DNA from: Verrucomicrobia bacterium UBA1200
Lineage (GTDB): Bacteria > Verrucomicrobiota > Kiritimatiellia > RFP12 > UBA1067
DNA: 64,000 nucleotides
Reading direction: 5' to 3'
Assembly (NCBI GenBank): GCA_002309765.1
Contig: DBXY01000052.1
Span: 84,210-148,209, forward strand
Shown here: positions 26,955 through 35,300 of the stretch, piece after piece
How the letters are laid out: every line of letters starts with the position of its first letter
Numbering within the stretch: position 1 is the stretch's first letter
Notes under the pieces: generated by a model
Seen by the model: the letters and a program-made list of their open reading frames with translations, nothing else
The model's database searches: none
What the model was told of the DNA's origin: nothing
Made by a program: the position numbers and the translations under genes

Positions 26955-29591
26955 CTACTTGGCAAGCTCCAAAAGCTGTTCCGGCCAGTCCTTAATGATT
27001 TTGGGCGGAACGGCGACTCCGTTCTCCTGCGAATCGTAGGGTTTCCCGCAACCAAGATTCTCCGGATAGGAGACGGCTTTTTTGACGGCGGCTTTCGCCG
27101 CATTGCGGTCGCCGCGCTTTAGCGCGTCGAGCGCGATACCCCGCCAAGCGTTAACCCACGCCGGAAGGGCGTTGTCGCCGCACTCCGACGGCAAAAACGT
27201 CGTCTTTTCGAGATAATCAACCGTCTCCTGAAAACGCCCGCTCTGCGAAAGCGCGGTGGCGTATGCGAGTTTTACCGGATTCGACTCGGGGTAACGGTCA
27301 AAACAAGGCGTTATCTCCGCCAAAGCCGACTCCCAATCCCCGGTCTCCGCAAAATGACGGTAAAGCGCATACCCGACACGCCATGATCGCTGGAATTTTG
27401 CCGCCCGGCGGAGATCGCAAAGCCGCCGATCACCCTTTTCACGCGAGGCGCGGAAAAGATAGAATGTCTCGTCATCGGGTTTGTCGCCGCACTTTTCAAG
27501 CAGCTTGTCCGACCGCTCGCCCCAACCGTTAGCGGCAAATCCGACCGCCGCATAGTACGAGAACTTCCATGAAGGATGGTTCATCGCCGCATGGTCAAGC
27601 GCGGGAAGCGTCTCACGTCGGAACGGCAGCGCGAAATCAATGGGAGCGGCGGCAACCGCGTCCAGCGTCTTCTTTGTCTCACCACCCCGGCCGGTACGGT
27701 ACAACAGATACGCGAGACGCAACCCGCCGACGGGATTAACCGCCGCGAGACGGAAGAACCTTTCGGCGTCATCGTACAATCCAGCCTCTTCGTACCAACC
27801 GCCGAGGTCAATATAAGTCTGGTACGGAAATTCGCCGCGAACAAATTTCGCGAACGGTTCGGTTGCGGCGTCAACAAGATTCAATTCATACCGGGCCGCG
27901 TGGAACAGCGGGACACGGTCGAGAATCCGTCGCGCCGTGTCAGCCGCCGCCACCTTGTCGCCGCGTTTGCGGGCGGCGGCGATCCGCACCAGCCACGCAT
28001 CAAGATTCAACCCGTTCGCAACAAGCGCGTCTTGCGCCATCTTTGCCGCCTCGTCCCAATGCCCCTCCCGCATCTCCGCTTTAGCGACAAGAACAAACGC
28101 GGAAGCGCGGACCTGCGGCGAATAGGCGGCAAGCCCCAACCGTTCCTTGGCCGTAAGCAAATCGCCCTCCGCGAAGAACGCCTGCCCGTCGGCAAAGTTC
28201 GCCTCCGGATCGTAGGTGTTAACCGCCAATGCGCGTTGCGCGTACCCGTGGGCACCAGCGTAATCGCCGCGCCGCACCGACAACGCGGCAAGCTTGTCAA
28301 GCGCGGGGGCAAAACACGGTTCGATTTCGAGGCTTTTCAAAAGTTCCTCTTTCGCCTCGGCATCTTTGCGCTGGAACAGCGCCTGCTCGCCTTTGACATA
28401 ATGGCCGTAGGCGGAATCCCAGTTGAAACCGTCCGGCATCGCCAGCGGACGCGGAACCGTATTCGTCACGTTCAACCGTTTCGCCAAGTCAGCGCGATCC
28501 CGAACCACGCCCCATTTCTCTTCGAAAGTATCCGTCGCCCCCGGTTCAAAGGCGGGGTGCTTGAAGGGCGTTTTCAGCGTATCGCCAGGCTGATTGAAAC
28601 ACCGCCCGGATTGCAATTCCGTATATTGGCCATCCGTATCCGTGAGCAAATCCTCCCAGATGCCGCCCTCACGCGACAGCGCCCAAAGCCAGACCTTTCG
28701 GCCGTATTTCTGCGTCACGCCGTTTTCGTGGATCGAACCGATCTTTTTATCCGGCCACCAGACTCCGTAAACAGTATGGTCGCCGTTCAGCACATGGTAT
28801 GACTTGTGACTGCCGAAGGCATTCTCCGAATAATTGGAGAGGGTGTGGCCTTGGTCATCGACCGGCCAAGGGTGCGGGTCGCCGCCATGCCCGATGTAAG
28901 ACGAACCTGGGAAGAAGAACTCCGGATTACCGTGAGCGGAATAGGCGGCGTTCATCCACTGGTAATATGGCACAGCGAGATTTGAGCCGTTGAACCAAAT
29001 GGTGCGCGTTAGGAAATAGTCGGCGTCCGCCGGCAGGTTTACCTCCACCTGCCATGTGGTTCGGCAAATTAACTCCGTGCTGGAACAGAAATAACTGACA
29101 CTACCGTCAGCATTCGTGCGCACGCACCAATCGACCGGCGTGGCGGAAGTAGGAGCGTGCCCGATGATACCGAAGTTGAACTCGATTCCACCGGAACACC
29201 ACGGTCCACGCATTGCGATATTGCGAAACTTCACCGCATGGTTGAAGTAGATGAAATCGTGTCCCGTCACCTTATCTTGCGCCCCCCACACTTTGCCGCC
29301 GATTTCGGGAAGGATCGTCACCTTGATCCGGTTATTTTCCAATATGACCGCTTTCCACTTTCGGGAAACGCTTTTTTCGTTTGTTCCGTGGAAAAAGAAA
29401 TACGGATATCGCGATTCCCCCGTGGCCGGGACCGGATCGGAATCAAAGAACTGATAAGTGGGCAACTCTATCTCCGTCTCAGTCACGGTTGCGGCGGAAA
29501 ATGTCCGCACCTTGTTGGGATGGCCATTCTCGTCCGCCCCCGCACAAATCGCAAAACACGCGCAAATTGCCAGTATCCGGAGTTTCTTCAT
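26955..29591 (-). CDS. secreted DUF5107-domain protein with C-terminal TPR repeats
   Basis: Start at the ATG at 29591 (MKKLRILAICACFAICAGA signal). The N-terminal roughly 400 aa (YPYFFFHGTNE, ENNRIKVTILPEIGGKVWGAQDKVTGHDFIYFNH) match DUF5107, from memory. The C-terminal roughly 450 aa are TPR-like Ala/Leu-rich helical repeats. Confidence 0.65.
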   Translation of the reverse strand: MKKLRILAICACFAICAGADENGHPNKVRTFSAATVTETEIELPTYQFFDSDPVPATGESRYPYFFFHGTNEKSVSRKWKAVILENNRIKVTILPEIGGKVWGAQDKVTGHDFIYFNHAVKFRNIAMRGPWCSGGIEFNFGIIGHAPTSATPVDWCVRTNADGSVSYFCSSTELICRTTWQVEVNLPADADYFLTRTIWFNGSNLAVPYYQWMNAAYSAHGNPEFFFPGSSYIGHGGDPHPWPVDDQGHTLSNYSENAFGSHKSYHVLNGDHTVYGVWWPDKKIGSIHENGVTQKYGRKVWLWALSREGGIWEDLLTDTDGQYTELQSGRCFNQPGDTLKTPFKHPAFEPGATDTFEEKWGVVRDRADLAKRLNVTNTVPRPLAMPDGFNWDSAYGHYVKGEQALFQRKDAEAKEELLKSLEIEPCFAPALDKLAALSVRRGDYAGAHGYAQRALAVNTYDPEANFADGQAFFAEGDLLTAKERLGLAAYSPQVRASAFVLVAKAEMREGHWDEAAKMAQDALVANGLNLDAWLVRIAAARKRGDKVAAADTARRILDRVPLFHAARYELNLVDAATEPFAKFVRGEFPYQTYIDLGGWYEEAGLYDDAERFFRLAAVNPVGGLRLAYLLYRTGRGGETKKTLDAVAAAPIDFALPFRRETLPALDHAAMNHPSWKFSYYAAVGFAANGWGERSDKLLEKCGDKPDDETFYLFRASREKGDRRLCDLRRAAKFQRSWRVGYALYRHFAETGDWESALAEITPCFDRYPESNPVKLAYATALSQSGRFQETVDYLEKTTFLPSECGDNALPAWVNAWRGIALDALKRGDRNAAKAAVKKAVSYPENLGCGKPYDSQENGVAVPPKIIKDWPEQLLELAK

Positions 29592-29683
29592 ACTTCTCGC
29601 CCCTTTCGCCATACCTTACGAAGCACTTCCCCTTCATCGGTGCGGAATCATATCAAACCATGCGCAATTCCGCAACGATGAAA

Positions 29684-30832
29684 TCATTTCCGTTCATCTC
29701 TCGCGCTTTGCAACACGCTGCAAGTTTTCCGTATGTTGTTGGCAAGATCAAATTCCGCCTCAACGGTGGCTCGGGCGGCTACCGCCAACGGCGACAAATC
29801 CTGCCGCAAGGCGTTTTCCAACGTGTCGGCCAGCAACAGCGGATGGTCCGGGGCGATTATAAAACCGTTTTCCCCGTTACGGATAATCTCCCCCGCCGCG
29901 CCGGCGGTGGTGGTTACCGCCACCGTTCCCAAGGCCATCGCCTCCAAAACCGCGTTCGCGATGCCGTCGCGGTCGCCATCCGGCAACACCCGAGAAGGCA
30001 ACACGACCAAACGCGCACCGGCGATCAAACTGCGGATTTCCGACGGTGTTTTCCAACCCAGCCACTCCACCCGTTCGGCAATTCCGCTCTTCTCCGCACG
30101 GGCCGCCAACGCACTTCGCAACGGGCCATCACCGGCAATGGCACACTTAAAGTCTATCTTCCGCCGAGCCAGTTCCGCCGCCGCGTCCAATAGCGTATCC
30201 AACCCTTTTTTGGCTTCCAACCGCGCTGCGGTGAACAGCACCGACGGGGTGTCCGGACAGTGCCGGAACGGATATTCAGCCAACGGCAGTCCGTGATGGA
30301 CTACCTCCACCCGGTCGGGATCCGGCACGGCCCGGCGGACGCACTCCGCCGCCAGATTTGAACAGGCGATAATCTTTTTTGCCGTGGACAAACGGAAACC
30401 GAGCAAGCCCGGCGGCGATGTAAACACGTCATGGGCGTGTACCGAACAAACCCACGGAATACCCAACACGCGGGCGGCAACCGCCGCGAAATCGGCGGTG
30501 ATGCCGGCAAACTGGGCATTCAGCAAACCGATTCCTTCCGCCCGCGCCAAACGGATCAACCTCACCACCTGCAACAGACGGCGTAACAGCCGAGCGGCAT
30601 CGATTTTTGAATGTGCGGCAAGTTTCCGGGCGTAACCGGCAACGGCAAAGGCCAAACGCCATTGAAACAAATCGGGAAAATGAAAACCCAAACTGTCCGG
30701 ATTACCGCAGCGCAATAAAAACAACCGGGGCGGCAAGCCGGAGTCGCGCAAACCATCCAACTCGCGCCGGATGAACGTTTCACTCGGCGCGAGCCAATCC
30801 AGTACGTAACCGATTTTCAGCGCACCGGCCAT
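29684..30832 (-). CDS. GT4-family glycosyltransferase (GT-B fold)
   Basis: C-terminal E-x7-E-like region (RVLPDGDRDGIANAVLEAMALGTVAVTTTAGAAGEII) and the N-terminal GT4 acceptor domain. Confidence 0.75.
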   Translation of the reverse strand: MAGALKIGYVLDWLAPSETFIRRELDGLRDSGLPPRLFLLRCGNPDSLGFHFPDLFQWRLAFAVAGYARKLAAHSKIDAARLLRRLLQVVRLIRLARAEGIGLLNAQFAGITADFAAVAARVLGIPWVCSVHAHDVFTSPPGLLGFRLSTAKKIIACSNLAAECVRRAVPDPDRVEVVHHGLPLAEYPFRHCPDTPSVLFTAARLEAKKGLDTLLDAAAELARRKIDFKCAIAGDGPLRSALAARAEKSGIAERVEWLGWKTPSEIRSLIAGARLVVLPSRVLPDGDRDGIANAVLEAMALGTVAVTTTAGAAGEIIRNGENGFIIAPDHPLLLADTLENALRQDLSPLAVAARATVEAEFDLANNIRKTCSVLQSARDERK

Positions 30833-31902
30833 TACGGCTGTGGCGGGCAGAGGTTGATGTCAGCCGGGATGGCTTTGATGGCGGCGGTCAACAACTCAAT
30901 GGTGGCGGCGGCATCGTCCAGCGAGATTACCTCGACCGGGCTGTGCATATAACGCAACGGGATGCTGATCTGCGCCACCGCCGCGCCGCCGCGCTCCATG
31001 CGCATCGCCCAGGCGCAGGTGCCGGTTCCGCGTCCCGCGGCCCGGCGCTGCCAAGCGATCTTATTGTCATCGGCGGTCTGTTCCAAAAGTTTGCGCACCA
31101 CCGGATGGTAAGTGGGACCGATGCCGATGATCGGGCCGCCGCCCAGACGGATGTCACCAATCACGGTGCGGTCATCCTTTTGGGCATCGGAAGCGAACCC
31201 GACATCCACGCACAGCCCGATGTCCGGGTTGATGTCAAACGCGGTGGTGTGGCCGCCGACCAAGCCGATCTCCTCTTGCACGCTGGCGACGACATTGAAA
31301 TCGACATTCAGCTTTTCGCGGGCGAGCCGCTTCATCACCTGCGTCACCACGAACGCGCCGATGCGGTTGTCGAAACCACGGCACGAAATGCGGTTGTTCG
31401 CCAAAGGCCGCCAACCGGTATCCACCACCGCCGGCGCGCCCAGCTCGACCAGCTTCATGGCATCCTCGCGGCTCGTGGCGCCAATGTCCACCTTAATCGA
31501 CTTCAGCTCGGTCGGGGCAACCTTTTTGCGCTCTTCCGCGTTCATCAAATGCGGAGGACGCACCCCGAACACACCGTTGACCGGACCGTTAATGCCTTTG
31601 ATCAGAATCCGCTCGGCGGCGACCAGCGGAACCGTAACCCCGCCCAACGCGGAGACGTAAAGGAATCCGTCATCGTCAATGTAATGCACGATAAAGCCGA
31701 TTTCATCGCAATGGCCCTCAAGCATCACCTTGACCGGCGCACCGGCGTTAACGCGGGCGCGGAGGTTGCCGTGACGGTCGATGGCGAGGTCTTTAACCTC
31801 GTCACGAAGCGACTTCGCGAGCAACATCATGCCGTCATACTCAAACCCCGTGGGAGTGGGCATCGAAACCAAAGCCTTCAACAGTTCAAAATCAGGTTGC
31901 AT
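30832..31902 (-). CDS. M42-family metallo-aminopeptidase (FrvX / cellulase-M-like)
   Basis: 356 aa with the typical M42 layout and metal-ligand pattern (HCDEIGF, DNRIG, DVGFASDAQ, MHSPVE). Confidence 0.75.
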   Translation of the reverse strand: MQPDFELLKALVSMPTPTGFEYDGMMLLAKSLRDEVKDLAIDRHGNLRARVNAGAPVKVMLEGHCDEIGFIVHYIDDDGFLYVSALGGVTVPLVAAERILIKGINGPVNGVFGVRPPHLMNAEERKKVAPTELKSIKVDIGATSREDAMKLVELGAPAVVDTGWRPLANNRISCRGFDNRIGAFVVTQVMKRLAREKLNVDFNVVASVQEEIGLVGGHTTAFDINPDIGLCVDVGFASDAQKDDRTVIGDIRLGGGPIIGIGPTYHPVVRKLLEQTADDNKIAWQRRAAGRGTGTCAWAMRMERGGAAVAQISIPLRYMHSPVEVISLDDAAATIELLTAAIKAIPADINLCPPQP

Positions 31903-31924
31903 TTTTACACCTTTCGTTTTCTGG

Positions 31925-32965
31925 TTATTTGTCGACTATCGAGACCTTCGTTCCCGCCGGAAGCAAAACCGCAAGGTCGTCAATGTCGGCGTTGGAAAAT
32001 CTGACAAAACCGGATTCGTCCCCCCGCCCCAGCGATGATTCGTCCCAAGTGCCGTGAAGTCCGGCGAAAGGAACCGGCTCGCCGGTGGTGGCGCTGGAGA
32101 GCGAAATCCACCATGTGCCAAGGATGTTGCCGGGAGCGCCGTAAGGAACGGCGGGAGCGTTTTTGCGGCGGTACACCGGATGCTCAACGCTGCCGCGAAC
32201 CAGATACTCGCCGGCTGCGACTTCGCCCAAACCGATGGAAAACCGTTTGAAGAAACTGCCGTTAAGCGTAAGAACAGCGGAGAAGTCGCGTTTATAGACG
32301 GTAAGCCGGAAATCCGGGTATTTCAAAAGCAGCAGCTTTTGCCCGATCTTCATTTTGGACGGATCCTCAATCCGGTTGATTTTAAGCACGTAAGCGGGGT
32401 TGTTGCGGTATTGTTTGCAAATGCGCGAAAACAAATCGCCCTTAACCACAGTATGCTCGATTTTTTCCGGAGCCGGCAGCGTTGACAACAGCAACGCGTG
32501 ATTGATTTCCGCAATCCGCCGCTCGGCATAGGCGCGAGAATCCTCCGCTTCCGGGATTTCCAACAAATCGAGGTAGATCAACCGCGCGCCCAGCAGGTCG
32601 TCCTCACGTTCCTTCTGTCGCACCAGCTCCAGAAGCCGACGCACGAATTTAGGCTGGGACTTGCTGATGGGCGGGAGCTTTGGCTGCGGCGGATCCAAAA
32701 ACGCGTTTGCCGTCTGGTTGGTGGCGTCCGCCTCCGAGCGGCGGAACAGCCCGCCCCAAAACGACGGGCGCTGGCGCGTGGCGGAGGCGTCGAAATGTGG
32801 AGCATCCTCCGTTCCGGGATTTTCCTCCTCCGGCGAAGCGGAGCACGAGCCGCCCTTGAATACGAAGTAGAGCAAAACCGGCAGAAGCAAAAGCAACCAG
32901 GCCAGCCGCCGCCACGGCGACCGTTCGGGTTCGCTAAACTCTATGCCGTACTTTCCGGGAAGCAT
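31925..32965 (-). CDS. membrane-anchored LysM-domain protein with a YkuD (L,D-transpeptidase)-like C-terminal domain lacking the catalytic Cys
   Basis: N-terminal TM anchor. LysM motif (HTVVKGDLFSRICKQY...KIGQKLLL). YkuD-like LHGTWDESSLGRGDESGFVRFSNADIDDL, in which the SHGC(I/V)R catalytic motif reads SGFVRF (Cys to Phe, TTT codon). Confidence 0.65.
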   Translation of the reverse strand: MLPGKYGIEFSEPERSPWRRLAWLLLLLPVLLYFVFKGGSCSASPEEENPGTEDAPHFDASATRQRPSFWGGLFRRSEADATNQTANAFLDPPQPKLPPISKSQPKFVRRLLELVRQKEREDDLLGARLIYLDLLEIPEAEDSRAYAERRIAEINHALLLSTLPAPEKIEHTVVKGDLFSRICKQYRNNPAYVLKINRIEDPSKMKIGQKLLLLKYPDFRLTVYKRDFSAVLTLNGSFFKRFSIGLGEVAAGEYLVRGSVEHPVYRRKNAPAVPYGAPGNILGTWWISLSSATTGEPVPFAGLHGTWDESSLGRGDESGFVRFSNADIDDLAVLLPAGTKVSIVDK

Positions 32966-32994
32966 GCCCTAACTCCGTAACCAAACTTCGCGTT

Positions 32995-34722
32995 TCACTT
33001 CGAGGATAATTTAGACCAAGTGTCCTTCAGGGTCGCGGTGCGATTGAAAATAGGCTTGCCGGGGGCGGAGTCCGGATCCACGCAAAAATACCCGACGCGC
33101 TCAAACTGGTAATACTCGCCCACCGCAGCCTCGGCAACCGCCGGTTCGGCATAGGCGGTCACGGTCTTCAGCGAGTCCGGGTTAAGGAACTCGGTGAAAT
33201 CATGTTCCGGATCGCCGTCCGGCGCCGGCACGGTGAAGAGCCGGTCGTAAAGGCGCACCTCCACCGGAACCGCATGCGCCGCGCTGACCCAATGGATGGT
33301 TCCCTTGATTTTCCGGCCGTCCGAAGCGTTACCGCCCTGGGACTGCTCGTCATAGGTACCGTGGATTTCGACCACCTTGCCTTCGGAGTCCTTGACCAGA
33401 CTGGTGCAGGTGAAGAGACACGCCCCGCGCAGCCGCACCTCACGCCCGGGAGCCATGCGGAAGAATTTCTTTTCGGGTTCCTCGCGAAAATCGTCGCGCT
33501 CGATCCACAGCTCGCGGCCGAACGGGATTTTGCGGCTACCGGCCGACGGGTCTTCCGGATTGTTCGCCGCCTCGGCATAACGGGTCTCGCCGACCGGGAA
33601 GTTGTCGATGACCACCTTGACCGGATCCAGCACCGCCATGCGGCGCGTGGCGCGTTTGTTCAGATCGTCGCGCACGCAATACTCCAACAGGGCCAGATCG
33701 GTTTCGCTTTCGTACTTAGACACGCCAATGCGCTCGCAGAAATCGGCAATGGCGACCGGGGTGTACCCGCGGCGGCGCAGTCCGCACACCGTCGGCATAC
33801 GGGGATCGTCCCAACCGCTGACCTTGCCCTCTTCGACCAACTGGCGAAGCTTGCGTTTGGACATTACGGTATAGGTAAGGTTGAGCCGCGCGAATTCGCG
33901 CTGCTGCGGACGGATCTTCACGCCGTTGCGCACCACCAGCAGCCCCATCTCGTCGAGACGGTCCACCACCCAGTCATAAAGCGGACGGTGCACCTCGAAC
34001 TCAAGGGTACACATGGAGTGGGTTACACCTTCCAACGCATCCTCGATGGGATGGGCGAAATCGTACATCGGGTAAATGCACCACTTGTCGCCCGCATGGT
34101 AGTGCGGGGTGCGGACGATGCGATAGATAACAGGATCACGGAAATGAATGTTGGGAGACGCCATGTCAATCTTGGCCCGGAGGCAACGCTCCCCTTCCGC
34201 GAACTCGCCGGCGCGCATCCGGCGGAAAAGATCCAGATTCTCCTCCGGCGAGGTGTCACGATAGGGACTCGGTGTACCCGGCTCGGTGGGGATGCCGCGA
34301 TACTTCTTCCACTCCTCCTGGGAGAGCGAACAAACGTATGCGTGACCGGACTTGATCAGGTTCTCCGCGATTTCGTACATCTGGTCGAACATATCCGACC
34401 CGCAGTAAAAATGGTCGCCCCAATCGCACCCCAGCCAGCGAATGTCATTTTGGATACTGCGGGCAAACTCGTCGGACTCTTTCGAAGGGTTGGTGTCGTC
34501 CATACGCAGATGGCAAACGCCGCCAAACGCCTTAGCCATGCCAAAATCCACCATGATTGCCTTGGCATGTCCGATGTGGATATACCCGTTCGGCTCGGGC
34601 GGGAAACGGGTCACCACCAATCCGCCGGTACGGCCCGCCTCAACGTCCTCGGCGATCCACTGCCGCAAAAAATGCCGGGCGGTGTCACTCTCGCGCGCCG
34701 CCGAATCAATCACTTCGCCCAT
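32995..34722 (-). CDS. glnS: glutamine--tRNA ligase
   Basis: HIGH motif (PEPNGYIHIGHAKAI). VMSKR (the GlnRS-type KMSKS). C-terminal anticodon-binding beta-barrels. 575 aa. Confidence 0.9.
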   Translation of the reverse strand: MGEVIDSAARESDTARHFLRQWIAEDVEAGRTGGLVVTRFPPEPNGYIHIGHAKAIMVDFGMAKAFGGVCHLRMDDTNPSKESDEFARSIQNDIRWLGCDWGDHFYCGSDMFDQMYEIAENLIKSGHAYVCSLSQEEWKKYRGIPTEPGTPSPYRDTSPEENLDLFRRMRAGEFAEGERCLRAKIDMASPNIHFRDPVIYRIVRTPHYHAGDKWCIYPMYDFAHPIEDALEGVTHSMCTLEFEVHRPLYDWVVDRLDEMGLLVVRNGVKIRPQQREFARLNLTYTVMSKRKLRQLVEEGKVSGWDDPRMPTVCGLRRRGYTPVAIADFCERIGVSKYESETDLALLEYCVRDDLNKRATRRMAVLDPVKVVIDNFPVGETRYAEAANNPEDPSAGSRKIPFGRELWIERDDFREEPEKKFFRMAPGREVRLRGACLFTCTSLVKDSEGKVVEIHGTYDEQSQGGNASDGRKIKGTIHWVSAAHAVPVEVRLYDRLFTVPAPDGDPEHDFTEFLNPDSLKTVTAYAEPAVAEAAVGEYYQFERVGYFCVDPDSAPGKPIFNRTATLKDTWSKLSSK

Positions 34723-35185
34723 TGTTCAATCTCCAAACCTTAACCTTGACCTTCTTCCGTCCCCACCGTTTTGCCTCGTCATGGGACGGAAACCACAAAT
34801 CCAAACGATTGCCGTTGATGGCTCCGCCGCGGTCCTCAACCCTCGCGTAGCCGTACCCCGGCACCTCCAGCACCGTTCCGTACGGCAACACCGAGATATC
34901 CGCCGCCACCGTGCCGCGTTTGGCGCGGGTACCGCTGGCCGTTACGCCGACCTGCTTGCGCTTGCCTTTATCCGCGCCCTTGCTAACCACCGGCGGTCCC
35001 AAGCCCATCCAGCTGCGCTCCCAGCTGCAGCATTTGCGGCAGTTGCAGTAACCGGTGACCTCAAACTCCATCTCCTGCGGCTGGACCCCGCGTGGGGGAC
35101 GGATCCGTTCCGCCAAACAACCCGCGCCGACCGCAAACAACAACAAAGCCGCCGCTGACGCAAAAATACTCCTCTTGAAAAACAT
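34706..35185 (-). CDS. 3D-domain (MltA/YuiC-like) secreted cell-wall protein
   Basis: Start at the ATG at 35185 (MFFKRSIFASAAALLLFAVGAGC). 3D-domain motifs present: TGYCNC, GTVAADISVLPYGT, GYGYARVEDRGGAINGNRLDLWF. The 3' end overlaps the glnS start by 17 nt. Confidence 0.7.
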   Translation of the reverse strand: MFFKRSIFASAAALLLFAVGAGCLAERIRPPRGVQPQEMEFEVTGYCNCRKCCSWERSWMGLGPPVVSKGADKGKRKQVGVTASGTRAKRGTVAADISVLPYGTVLEVPGYGYARVEDRGGAINGNRLDLWFPSHDEAKRWGRKKVKVKVWRLNNGRSD

Positions 35186-35255
35186 AACTGGAATTTTAAC
35201 AAAAACCGCACCGGCTTGCAATAGTGATTTTAAAATCTTGCGGGCGTAAAAAAAA

Positions 35256-35300
35256 GCCGGCGGCCCTCGAATTGAGAGCCGCCGGCCACAAAAAACCGCA
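35256..35300 (-). terminator. Rho-independent terminator downstream of the 1595-aa giant protein gene
   Basis: GC hairpin GCCGGCGGC-(13 nt)-GCCGCCGGC. On the minus strand it is followed by a T8 run (the plus-strand A8 run at about 35249-35256). Confidence 0.6.

Noticed and set aside
27576-28802. 408-aa plus-strand ORF opposite the DUF5107-TPR gene
   Set aside because: Frame shadow: it is Arg-rich with no domain signature, and the minus-strand gene has a signal peptide and family motifs.
30943-32004. 353-aa plus-strand ORF opposite the M42 peptidase gene
   Set aside because: Frame shadow of a well-supported minus-strand gene.
33202-34743. 513-aa plus-strand ORF opposite glnS
   Set aside because: glnS on the minus strand has HIGH and VMSKR motifs. 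The plus ORF is compositional noise.
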